A stretch of DNA of 25,711 bases from a virus: the IMG/VR virus record IMGVR_UViG_3300037808_001259; one strand, given 5' to 3'. This document shows positions 7,805 to 16,240 of the stretch, piece by piece. Made by a program: the position numbers and the translations under genes. How positions within the stretch are numbered: position 1 is the stretch's first letter; the number at the start of each line of letters is the position of its first letter. The notes below the pieces were generated by a model that saw nothing but the letters and a program-made list of their open reading frames with translations, did no database searches and was not told the origin of the DNA.

Positions 7805-8008
7805 ATGAGGATAAAAGATAATACAAAACTTACTTCTGTTAAAATAATAACGGATTTATACAAGAGATTTAAAGAAATTGCACTGAGAGAAGAATTTACA
7901 TTACAAAAATTAGTAAATAGATCAATGGATAAATATTTGAGTGATGAAGAATACAAAAAATCTATTGTAGAATATGATGGGCTTGAAGCAAGTGGTAGTA
8001 ATTTTTAA
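7805..8008 (+). CDS. Small ribbon-helix-helix-like DNA-binding protein
   Basis: Beta strand 'LTSVKI' followed by two amphipathic helices (DLYKRFKEIA / TLQKLVNRSMDKYL); SD GAGG. Confidence 0.6.
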   Translation: MRIKDNTKLTSVKIITDLYKRFKEIALREEFTLQKLVNRSMDKYLSDEEYKKSIVEYDGLEASGSNF

Positions 8009-8029
8009 ATAGTTTATAGGGAAACGGTT

Positions 8030-8218
8030 ATGAAAGAGAATGAAATAATAGATTTACCAAACGACTCATTTATGAGCAATGAAACTATACATTTTGAGAT
8101 GCCACATATGACATTACATTTTACCATTGATGAATGGTATTTGTTTATGGGGCATATATTTGAAGTTAGTGAAGCTGTAGATATGGTTATGAATAAAGAT
8201 AATATGGCAAAAAGTTAA
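8030..8218 (+). CDS. Hypothetical acidic protein
   Basis: 62-aa ORF with a GGGA-type SD, in operon order. Confidence 0.6.
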   Translation: MKENEIIDLPNDSFMSNETIHFEMPHMTLHFTIDEWYLFMGHIFEVSEAVDMVMNKDNMAKS

Positions 8219-8279
8219 AAATAAAATGATGTTTTATTTAATTTCTTGATATTTATATAAAAGATATAAGATATATAAT

Positions 8280-8459
8280 GTGAAATCAAATACAAAAAAA
8301 ATAGCACCTATAGAATTAGAAGTCGTAACTTTTAAAAAGTTACAAAAAATAATAGCTAAATATTCTGACGATGGTGTAAAATTTGTGTCGGTTAGAGAGG
8401 CGTTAGTTAATTTAATTGATGAAAAATATGAACAGATTAGTGGAAGTATAAAATGGTAG
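8280..8459 (+). CDS. Small RHH-like protein upstream of nuclease (not in ORF track)
   Basis: GTG-start 59-aa ORF VKSNTKKIAPIELEVVTFKKLQKIIAKYSDDGVKFVSVREALVNLIDEKYEQISGSIKW*, overlapping the ATG at 8453. Confidence 0.55.
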   Translation: MKSNTKKIAPIELEVVTFKKLQKIIAKYSDDGVKFVSVREALVNLIDEKYEQISGSIKW

Positions 8460-9460
8460 TTTGTGAAATATGTGGTGATACGATGAAAATGAGAATCAAT
8501 GGCTCACATTTAAAATCTAAACACGGTATATCATTGTATGAATACAAATTTAAATTTCCAAAATCAAATTATGGTGAATATGTTGTTGGAAAGTTTGATT
8601 GTAAAGAATGTGGTGATATTGTAAGTTCCAATTCAGCAATTAAAGTTAACCATTTAAAATTACATAATTTATCGGTTGACAATTATAATATAAAACACCA
8701 TAAAATTGAATGTGAATGTGGGTGTGGTGAATTTACAGAATATAGTTATACGAGACACACATATAATAGATTTTTAGGTGGTCACTGTGAAAGTTGGAAT
8801 AGTGGACTTACAAAAGATACTAATTCTTCTATAAAACGTCAATCTGAATATATGATGAAAAATAATCCTATGAATGACAATAAAGTAGTTGAACGAATGT
8901 TATCCCATCCAAATAGTAAATGGACAAGGAAGCGGATTCAGAGTAGAAGTGACAGTTATAAAAAGACAATGCTCAAAAAGTATGGTGTATCTAACTACTT
9001 CAAAACGAGTGAATTCAGAGAAAAATCTGAGACTACTTGTTTGAAAAAATACGGAGTTAGAAATGCTCAACAAAATACAGAAGTTCATCAAAAAAATATT
9101 AAAAGTAGATTAAATTTTAAAGATTATAAAACACCATCTGGTAAGTTATTAAGAGTTCAAGGGTATGAACCACAGGCGTTAGATATTTTGTTTAAGTTGT
9201 ACGATGAAAGTGATATTTTCACAGATAAAAAAGGCATGCCAAAATTTTGGTATAATAATGGTAAAGATAGAAGGTATTTTCCAGATATTTTTATAAAATC
9301 TGAAAATAAGTTTATAGAAGTTAAATCAATGTGGACGTATAAAACACACGAAGATACAGTTGAATCAAAATGTAAATCGGTTACAGATAAATTATATAAA
9401 ATTGATGTATGGATATTACATGAAAATGGTAAATTACTACAGGAATATAAATATGAATAA
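8453..9460 (+). CDS. Zn-finger + PD-(D/E)XK (TnsA-like) free-standing endonuclease
   Basis: N-terminal CxxC..H..H fingers (CEIC..HLKSKH; CKEC..HLKLH), CECGC, KKYGVxN repeats, and C-terminal 'RRYFPDIFIKSENKFIEVKS'. Confidence 0.75.
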   Translation: MVVCEICGDTMKMRINGSHLKSKHGISLYEYKFKFPKSNYGEYVVGKFDCKECGDIVSSNSAIKVNHLKLHNLSVDNYNIKHHKIECECGCGEFTEYSYTRHTYNRFLGGHCESWNSGLTKDTNSSIKRQSEYMMKNNPMNDNKVVERMLSHPNSKWTRKRIQSRSDSYKKTMLKKYGVSNYFKTSEFREKSETTCLKKYGVRNAQQNTEVHQKNIKSRLNFKDYKTPSGKLLRVQGYEPQALDILFKLYDESDIFTDKKGMPKFWYNNGKDRRYFPDIFIKSENKFIEVKSMWTYKTHEDTVESKCKSVTDKLYKIDVWILHENGKLLQEYKYE

Positions 9461-10016
9461 AATCACGGAGGTATCTACAGATCATCTGAATAGTAAGAAG
9501 AAAAAAATCTTACTTTTATCAGATGATCTTTGACTCAGAATGAGTAGTGGGGTTGGTACAGTTTCCAAAAATTTTGTACTGGGTACACTTGATAAATACG
9601 ATTGGGTCCAGGCCGGTGGTGCAATAAAACATCCAGAAGACGGTAAAGTGGTGGATATGAATGATTCAGTTAGAGAAGAAACTGGAATAGAAGATGCTTA
9701 CCTCAAAATATATCCTATTAGTGGATATGGAAATCAAGAGTTATTACGACAACTAATGAAATTGGAAAACCCAGATGCCATCTTACATTTTACTGATCCG
9801 AGGTTCTGGGGCTGGTTATATCAAATGGAACATGAAATTAGACAACTCATCCCCATATTTTATTATGCACTTTGGGACAATTTTCCATCACCATTATACA
9901 ATGCAAGATACTACGAGAGTTCTGATTTGATAATGGGAATATCCAAACAATCTTGTGCAATGCATAAAGATGTTTTAAACAGAAGTGGTGTCGACACTGA
10001 ATGGATTGGAAAATAA
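9453..10016 (+). pseudogene. GT-B (GT4-like) glycosyltransferase, N-terminal half, with in-frame TGA at 9531-9533
   Basis: MNKITEVSTDHLNSKKKKILLLSDDL*LRMSSGVGTVS... is in frame with the 9540 ORF and shows the typical GT4 N-terminal strand and Gly-rich loop. Confidence 0.7.
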
Positions 10017-10043
10017 GTTTTATTAGAAAAATAAGGAGTGAAA

Positions 10044-10955
10044 ATGAACGAGAAAAGTAAAGTTATGTTATCATACGTTCCACATGGTATTCCAGAAGAT
10101 AAGTTTTTCCCAATAAATGAGTTAGATGTGGAAAAATGGAAGAAACTACAAGGATATAGAAAATCAGTGTTCCACGATAAAGATAAAGATTTCGTAGTAT
10201 TTTGGAATAATCGGAATATCAGACGGAAAGTTCCAAGTGACGTGATTTTAGCATATAAAACATTCTGTGATACCTTACCCAAAGAGAAATCAGACAAATG
10301 TGTATTATTAATGCACACTCAACCAGTAGACCAGAATGGAACAGATTTACCAGTAGTAGTAAATGAAATTTGTCCAGATTACGATATTGTATTCTCACAC
10401 CAAAAGATAGACGACGAACAACTCAATTTTCTATATAATATTGCAGATGTTACTATAAACATGGCAAGTAATGAAGGTTTCGGATTGGGTACAGTCGAAA
10501 GTCTAATGGCAGGAACACCAATCACTACAAATACCACAGGTGGTCTACAGGATGCAAGTGGCTTCAAATATAAGGGTAAATTCCTAACAACTGAAGATTA
10601 CGATTGGGTTCATTCACTACACGATGACAGAAAATGGAAAGACAATCCTGATCTTACTTACGGTGATTGGGCAAAACCAGTCTGGCCATCAAATAGAAGT
10701 TTACAAGGTTCAATTCCAACACCGTATATTTTCGACGACAGATGTAGATGGGATGATGTAGCAGATAGATTATTAGAATGGTATAATGAAGGACCAGAAA
10801 AAAGAAAAGAATGTGGACAGTTAGGTAGGGAGTTTTTACAATTAGAAGAAATTGGAATGTCAGCTAAAAATATGTGTAAACGTATGGTACATGACATGGA
10901 CACTGCACTTGAAAACTGGACACCAAGAAAACGATTTACGTTATATAAAGTTTGA
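10044..10955 (+). CDS. GT-B (GT4-like) glycosyltransferase, C-terminal half
   Basis: 'YVPHG', 'NRNIRRK' and the GT4 signature 'NEGFGLGTVESLMAG'; own SD AAGGAG (10033-10038); same frame as the 9453 half. Confidence 0.85.
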   Translation: MNEKSKVMLSYVPHGIPEDKFFPINELDVEKWKKLQGYRKSVFHDKDKDFVVFWNNRNIRRKVPSDVILAYKTFCDTLPKEKSDKCVLLMHTQPVDQNGTDLPVVVNEICPDYDIVFSHQKIDDEQLNFLYNIADVTINMASNEGFGLGTVESLMAGTPITTNTTGGLQDASGFKYKGKFLTTEDYDWVHSLHDDRKWKDNPDLTYGDWAKPVWPSNRSLQGSIPTPYIFDDRCRWDDVADRLLEWYNEGPEKRKECGQLGREFLQLEEIGMSAKNMCKRMVHDMDTALENWTPRKRFTLYKV

Positions 10956-10997
10956 TAAAAATGAATTCAAAATAATAACAGAAGAGGATTTAAATAT

Positions 10998-12344
10998 ATG
11001 AGCTATAAACCTTTAGTTTTGATAACTGCTCCGGTGGGAACTCGAAGTGGATATGGTAGTCACTCCAGAGATATTGCAAGGTCATTGATTTCTATGAATA
11101 AATTTGATATTAAAATATGGCCTGTTAGGTGGGGGAGCACAAGTCAAAATGCATTAAGTGAAAATGACCCAAATGATATTCCAATCATAGAGAGATTATT
11201 AGATAATCCAAATATGGATAGACAACCAGATATTCACATCCATATAGTAGTCCCAAATGAATTCCAACCAATCGGTAAATTTAATATTGGTATCACAGCA
11301 GGATTAGAAACCACCGTGTGTCCCCCAGAATGGATAGAGGGATTAAATAGAATGAACTTGAATATTGTTCCAGCGACATTTGTTAAGGAAAGTATTGAAA
11401 AGGTCGTATTTGATAAACATGATAATCAAACTAAACAGAAAATTGGTGAAGTTAGATGTCAAACACCAATAGAAGTTTTATTTGAAGGTGCAGACACAAA
11501 CATATACAAAACAACAAAAGAATTTTCAAAGGATTTGGTAGACGAGTTCGATAGTATAAAAGAAGATTTTTGTTTTCTATTCGTGGGGCATTGGTTACAA
11601 GGTGGTTTAGGAAATGACAGAAAAGATCTTGGTATGCTGATTAAAACCTTCTTGGAAACATTTAAGAATAAGAAGAACCAACCTGCACTAATTCTAAAAA
11701 CAAGTGGAGCAACACCCTGTATATTAGATAGAGAAGATATACTCGCAAAGTTGAACCAAATAAGACAGACAGTAGAGGGTAACTTACCAAACATTTATGT
11801 ATTGCACGGTGATTTAAGAGATGATGAGATGAATGATTTATACAATCACCCAAAGGTAAAGGTTCACGTTTCATTCACCCACGGTGAGGGATTTGGTCGT
11901 CCATTACTTGAGGCATCTTTAAGTGAGAAACCAGTAATTGCACCAAACTGGAGTGGTCATACAGATTTCCTGGATAGTAAAAAGTCTGTATTATTACCAG
12001 GTAGTATGAATGATGTAAAGAAAGAATCATTACAGAATGGAATGCACATAAAAGGAACTCAATGGTTTACTGTAAATTACAATTACGCATCTAAAATGTT
12101 AAAGGATGTTTTTGATAATTATAATAAATACACGGTAAAGGCTAAGAAACAGGGTATAATGAATAAAACAAAGTTCTCACTTGATGCAATGACTGTAAAA
12201 TTTGAGAAAATACTCGACGCATGTTTACCTAATTTTGAAGCTCCACCACAACCGGTGGAACTTAAACTCCCGACGTTAAAAAAAGTCGGTGAAGTTAAAG
12301 AGTTACCGAAAATAAAACTTCCAACATTAAAAAAGGTAAATTAA
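10998..12344 (+). CDS. GT-B (GT4-like) glycosyltransferase
   Basis: 'TRSGYG', 'FLFVGHW', 'DRKD' and 'HGEGFGRPLLEA' signature. Confidence 0.9.
   Translation: MSYKPLVLITAPVGTRSGYGSHSRDIARSLISMNKFDIKIWPVRWGSTSQNALSENDPNDIPIIERLLDNPNMDRQPDIHIHIVVPNEFQPIGKFNIGITAGLETTVCPPEWIEGLNRMNLNIVPATFVKESIEKVVFDKHDNQTKQKIGEVRCQTPIEVLFEGADTNIYKTTKEFSKDLVDEFDSIKEDFCFLFVGHWLQGGLGNDRKDLGMLIKTFLETFKNKKNQPALILKTSGATPCILDREDILAKLNQIRQTVEGNLPNIYVLHGDLRDDEMNDLYNHPKVKVHVSFTHGEGFGRPLLEASLSEKPVIAPNWSGHTDFLDSKKSVLLPGSMNDVKKESLQNGMHIKGTQWFTVNYNYASKMLKDVFDNYNKYTVKAKKQGIMNKTKFSLDAMTVKFEKILDACLPNFEAPPQPVELKLPTLKKVGEVKELPKIKLPTLKKVN
12264..12338 (+). repeat. Duplicated peptide motif KLPTLKKV at glycosyltransferase C-terminus
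   Basis: Codons 12264-12287 and 12315-12338 encode the same 8 aa with synonymous differences. Confidence 0.85.
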
Positions 12345-12424
12345 AATGGAAATAATTGATTGAAAATTGAATTTCTTTATATTTATTTATGTATAAGTAT
12401 GAATAAAACTTGGAGATAAAGTAA

Positions 12425-12580
12425 ATGAAACGACAACTAGTAAATTATACAGTAGATAAATCAGTGGTGAAGCAATTTAATGAGATAGCAAAGACCCATT
12501 CTATAAATAAATCATTGTTAATAGAAAATTTAATATTGGAATGGATAGATAAAACACGAAAACTGGATAATAATAAATGA
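12425..12580 (+). CDS. Ribbon-helix-helix (CopG/Arc-like) protein (not in ORF track)
   Basis: MKRQLVNYTVDKSVVKQFNEIAKTHSINKSLLIENLILEWIDKTRKLDNNK*: alternating beta strand plus two helices with the 'NKSLLI' turn; SD GGAG; ATGA overlap with the HNH gene. Confidence 0.8.
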   Translation: MKRQLVNYTVDKSVVKQFNEIAKTHSINKSLLIENLILEWIDKTRKLDNNK

Positions 12581-13314
12581 ATACTATTAAATGTAAGGCT
12601 TGTGGTGTGGATACTACAAATATAAAATATTGTTCAAATGAATGTTCTTGGAAAAGTAAGATAAAATACAATGTTAAAATAAAAAATGGTAAGTTTGTTA
12701 GGGATTGCCCAAGTTGCAAGTGTGAAGTATTCCATACAGCAAAGCAATCTTGTATAAATCAAATTAGACATAAAGTGCAATGTAAATCGTGTGCTAGGTT
12801 AAAATTTAATAAAAGTGGTGATGGTAAATTGTTATATAAACGCATTTCAATGATGATGATTGGTAAAAATAATCCATTCTGGGAAAAATGTGGTAAAGAG
12901 AATAATATGTACAAACCTGGTGTATTAGATAGATACATTAAGAAATATGGATATGATAATTACGATGATTTTTTAGCTTCAAAAACGGATAAGCAGATAT
13001 ACAAAAAGAATGTTCTACGTATAACAAATTCACAGTCGGTACACTTATTACCAAATAGTGGAAAACGAGGTAGGTTGGGATATCATTTAGATCACATAGT
13101 TCCGATAAATTATGGGTTTGTAAATAACATACCGGTAGAATATATTGGAGATATAAGTAATTTACAATTTATTACATATAGCGAAAACGTTAGAAAGCAC
13201 ATAAAGTTATTTTTTGAAAGCAAGGATGTCCACTGTGGCAGTGAATTAAAGGGAGATCATGCTGTATTAAGTACAATGTTTTTTAAATATTTTTTAAATA
13301 GGGAGGTAGTTTAA
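12577..13314 (+). CDS. Zn-finger HNH homing endonuclease
   Basis: CKAC..CSNEC, CPSC..CKSC, 'GKNNPFW', and HNH core 'YHLDHIVP...NLQFITYSENVRKH'. Confidence 0.82.
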   Translation: MNTIKCKACGVDTTNIKYCSNECSWKSKIKYNVKIKNGKFVRDCPSCKCEVFHTAKQSCINQIRHKVQCKSCARLKFNKSGDGKLLYKRISMMMIGKNNPFWEKCGKENNMYKPGVLDRYIKKYGYDNYDDFLASKTDKQIYKKNVLRITNSQSVHLLPNSGKRGRLGYHLDHIVPINYGFVNNIPVEYIGDISNLQFITYSENVRKHIKLFFESKDVHCGSELKGDHAVLSTMFFKYFLNREVV

Positions 13315-13805
13315 TGGAAATTGGAAAATATGTCGGTGAACGAGTTGTAGATACTTGCCCAGTGTGTTACGATAGAGATACTTGTTTTGAAGATATGTAT
13401 GAAAATTATAGTTCATTTTTATGTTTTAATTGTGGGATGTTAAGCAATACATTTTACACAGAGGACAACAAAGAACGAGCAAAACTATTAGAAACCACTT
13501 CAAAACTTGTTAAAGACTTAGAATTCTTTGATGAAGAAAGACAAATATACTGGTATCCATCCATTATAAATATGGGACAAATGGGTATGATATTCCCAGA
13601 AGGTTCAATAAATAAATGGGTATGGAAGTATGCTACAGTAGTTGAAGTTCCTAAAAACGAAAAAGAATCATATCCAGTACCAGGAAAAGATGGAGAATTT
13701 TATACTGAGAAACTTGATATGGAAGGTGCTATAGAATATGGACAATATGAGTTTCTCCAGGCTTGTAAAGATATGGGTTTTGCTAAGGATATAGGTAATG
13801 GCTAA
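13314..13805 (+). CDS. Hypothetical Zn-ribbon protein
   Basis: CPVC...CFNC motif; SD GGAGG. Confidence 0.7.
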   Translation: MEIGKYVGERVVDTCPVCYDRDTCFEDMYENYSSFLCFNCGMLSNTFYTEDNKERAKLLETTSKLVKDLEFFDEERQIYWYPSIINMGQMGMIFPEGSINKWVWKYATVVEVPKNEKESYPVPGKDGEFYTEKLDMEGAIEYGQYEFLQACKDMGFAKDIGNG

Positions 13806-14310
13806 GTATTACAGATTACATAGGGGTAGAATAATAGGTGATAGCAAGGGGAGAAAAAAATCTCAACCTCGTGATTTAAAACCTGGGTCAGTTTATGAAA
13901 TTAGATATGATAGTAAAACTGCGTCCAAGGGTAGATACTTAGTCTTGATATTAAATCTATGGCCAGTTGTTGGTGGAATGAAAGATCAAAAAGCACACTG
14001 TCTTGATTTATCAGAAGTTCCACCCGTTGAATTGAAAAAAATCATAAAGGAAAGTGAGGGTATATTTAATGAAACCGATGGGAAGTTTGAATATCAGGCA
14101 TTAAAGTTTCCAAGTGGATATTCTGCACCAAAGGTATTTTATAAGAAAAATATAAAAAAGCTTGAAAAGACACTTCCAAACATATACAAAACTTTTAAGT
14201 TGGAAAAAATGAAATTGGTAGAATTATTAAATTATGATTTTGAATTAGCATTAAGTGGTAAAGAAAAGAAAAAACAAGATGATGAACAATTGGAGTTACT
14301 TAACGACTAA
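13798..14310 (+). CDS. Hypothetical protein
   Basis: 170-aa ORF overlapping both neighbours. Confidence 0.7.
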   Translation: MAKYYRLHRGRIIGDSKGRKKSQPRDLKPGSVYEIRYDSKTASKGRYLVLILNLWPVVGGMKDQKAHCLDLSEVPPVELKKIIKESEGIFNETDGKFEYQALKFPSGYSAPKVFYKKNIKKLEKTLPNIYKTFKLEKMKLVELLNYDFELALSGKEKKKQDDEQLELLND

Positions 14311-14969
14311 TGAAAATTAGTTATGGAATCACTGTTCATAATGAAGCAGATGAACTAAACAAGTTATTAGAGATATTAATACACAAAACAGACCCAGAAG
14401 ATGAGATTGTTATTTGTGATGATTATTCAGATGAGAAAACACAAGAAGTTATAACGAGTTGGATACAACAATACTCACATGAGAAAACCATTAAGGTTTA
14501 TCAGAGAAAACTTGATGGTGATTTTTCGGCTCAAAAGAATTCGGTTATAGAAAACTCTACGGGAGATTATATATTTCATATAGATGCGGATGAGCAGCCA
14601 CACGAAACATTATTACAACAACTTAAACAAATAATAGAAATGAATGATGGGGTTGATTTAATATATGTACCAAGAGTGAATACAATCGATGGTATGGAAG
14701 TAGAACACATTCAGAAGTGGGGATGGAAAGTATCAGAAAAGGGTTGGGTAAATTGGCCAGACTACCAGGCCAGGGTATTTCGTAATGATGAAAAGGTACG
14801 ATGGACTCGACCATTACACGAACTAATTACAGGTTGTAAAACATATGCACATTTGCCACCACACGAAGAATTATCGTTATATCATCCTAAAACAATAGAT
14901 AAACAAGAACAGCAAAATCTATTTTATAATCAAAATTTTAGTAAAGAATTAAACGTGAGGAAAGGATGA
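14310..14969 (+). CDS. GT2-family glycosyltransferase
   Basis: 'ISYGITVHNE', 'ICDDYS', 'FSAQKN', 'IFHIDADE' (DxD), 'DYQARVF' and 'LHE'. Confidence 0.92.
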   Translation: MKISYGITVHNEADELNKLLEILIHKTDPEDEIVICDDYSDEKTQEVITSWIQQYSHEKTIKVYQRKLDGDFSAQKNSVIENSTGDYIFHIDADEQPHETLLQQLKQIIEMNDGVDLIYVPRVNTIDGMEVEHIQKWGWKVSEKGWVNWPDYQARVFRNDEKVRWTRPLHELITGCKTYAHLPPHEELSLYHPKTIDKQEQQNLFYNQNFSKELNVRKG

Positions 14970-15373
14970 GAAAATATTTACCAACAATAGCTGAACTAAT
15001 AGACAGACTTTCTATTATTCAACTAAAAGAAGTTTTTATAACAGAACACAAAGAAGAATATGTCAAAGAAATTAAAGACATAGTTCACGATTTAAATAAA
15101 TTGGGTTTAGAAAAAGAATATGATTATGCTAACTTAGGAGAACTTCTTAGGGCAGTTATAGTTTTATCACAAATGAATCTACATATTTGGCATAATGAAA
15201 CCAAATATAGAGCCGGTGAAGGTGATGGTAATCTTGGATTGACTCATGGATTAAATGGAATTAGAAATACTGCTAAGAATAAAATCCAAGACCAACTTGT
15301 AGATGGTGGAAGAAAAGATTATAAAGTAGATTGTATAGCAGCCGAGTTTGATGATTGGGATGTGAGTTGGTAG
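14966..15373 (+). CDS. DUF6165-like helical protein
   Basis: 'PTIAELIDRLSIIQLK...MNLHIWHNE...LNGIRNTAKNKI' resembles DUF6165 proteins found near glycosyltransferases. Confidence 0.5.
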   Translation: MRKYLPTIAELIDRLSIIQLKEVFITEHKEEYVKEIKDIVHDLNKLGLEKEYDYANLGELLRAVIVLSQMNLHIWHNETKYRAGEGDGNLGLTHGLNGIRNTAKNKIQDQLVDGGRKDYKVDCIAAEFDDWDVSW

Positions 15374-16240
15374 ATGATATTCTGGAGAATCGTAGATAAC
15401 CAACTTCACCCAGTTCACGAAACGGACAATCTTGGATTTGAGAAATCAGAAGGATTACGGATACCTGATGAGTATTTAGATAAACAAGAGTTTATGATTA
15501 TGAGAACTGCTCACGGAATAGGTGATTGGGGAATTATATCGGCAATGCCAAGATTATTAAAAGAAAAATATCCCAATTGTAAAGTTTATCTACCATCTTC
15601 TAAATTATTGAAAGATTTATTTGGTAGTATGGAAAAGAACTGGGGTATTTGGGATAATCCATTTGAAAATGTAAATACTATTTTTGATAATAATCCATAT
15701 GTAGATGGGTATTTGGATTCTATAGAAGATGAGATATTTCATGATCATTATAGAGTATATGATAACGATAATTCAGATGTTCCATTACTTGAACAAATGT
15801 TAAAGTTTTGGCAGTTTGAAGAAAATGAATATAAAGATTCCCAACCGGAGATGTATTGGTCGGATGAGGAAAAGGAATTGGGTGATTCTATCATACAAGA
15901 ATATGTAGGTGATTCTGAATTTGGTACTCTTCTAACTACCAATAGAATAATGGATGGTGATGAAGAAAAAATATTAAATATATTAAGTAAAAACCCCATA
16001 CCTTATTTCTATTACACACATAAACCATTAAATGAAACTTCATTTAAAGATATAAATAGTGTATTGGATATGAGATATATAGATATGAGAATACAATTGT
16101 ATATAAAATCTAAAGCTAAATTAAACATAGGCAATCAATGTGGGGTTAATCATATGACAGTAAGATATTCAGATGTATATGAAGTACAAAGACAATTTCC
16201 AATTGGATCTAATTTCGTACAGGGAGAAATTTATTTATGA
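15374..16240 (+). CDS. GT9 (heptosyltransferase)-like glycosyltransferase
   Basis: 'RTAHGIGDWGIISAMPRLLKEKYP...FDNNPYVD...YIKSKAKLNIGNQCG' follows the GT9 pattern. Confidence 0.7.
   Translation: MIFWRIVDNQLHPVHETDNLGFEKSEGLRIPDEYLDKQEFMIMRTAHGIGDWGIISAMPRLLKEKYPNCKVYLPSSKLLKDLFGSMEKNWGIWDNPFENVNTIFDNNPYVDGYLDSIEDEIFHDHYRVYDNDNSDVPLLEQMLKFWQFEENEYKDSQPEMYWSDEEKELGDSIIQEYVGDSEFGTLLTTNRIMDGDEEKILNILSKNPIPYFYYTHKPLNETSFKDINSVLDMRYIDMRIQLYIKSKAKLNIGNQCGVNHMTVRYSDVYEVQRQFPIGSNFVQGEIYL

Larger units (their letters stand above)
12345..13321 (+). mobile_element. RHH + HNH endonuclease cassette flanked by 9-bp direct repeat AATGGAAAT
   Basis: AATGGAAAT at 12345-12353 and 13313-13321, the second copy being the start of the next gene. 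Promoter-like TTGATT-16-TATATT at 12356-12383. Confidence 0.5.

Noticed and set aside
2824-9467. Repeat ATGAATAAAAT (MNKIT) at 2824 and 9453 as element termini
   Set aside because: Low-complexity AT sequence at non-equivalent cassette positions; likely chance.
3233-9533. Genome-wide stop-codon reassignment (TGA or TAG recoding, as known in some large phages)
   Set aside because: TGA, TAG and TAA all terminate clearly bounded genes (e.g. 465, 1747, 4665, 5567), often in ATGA overlaps. The internal stops are a mix of TGA and TAA, and long genes are otherwise open in code 11.
13798-14310. T4 gp2-like DNA end-protector assignment
   Set aside because: Only a vague 'PGSVYEIRYDSK' resemblance; the conserved core motifs were not recognisable.
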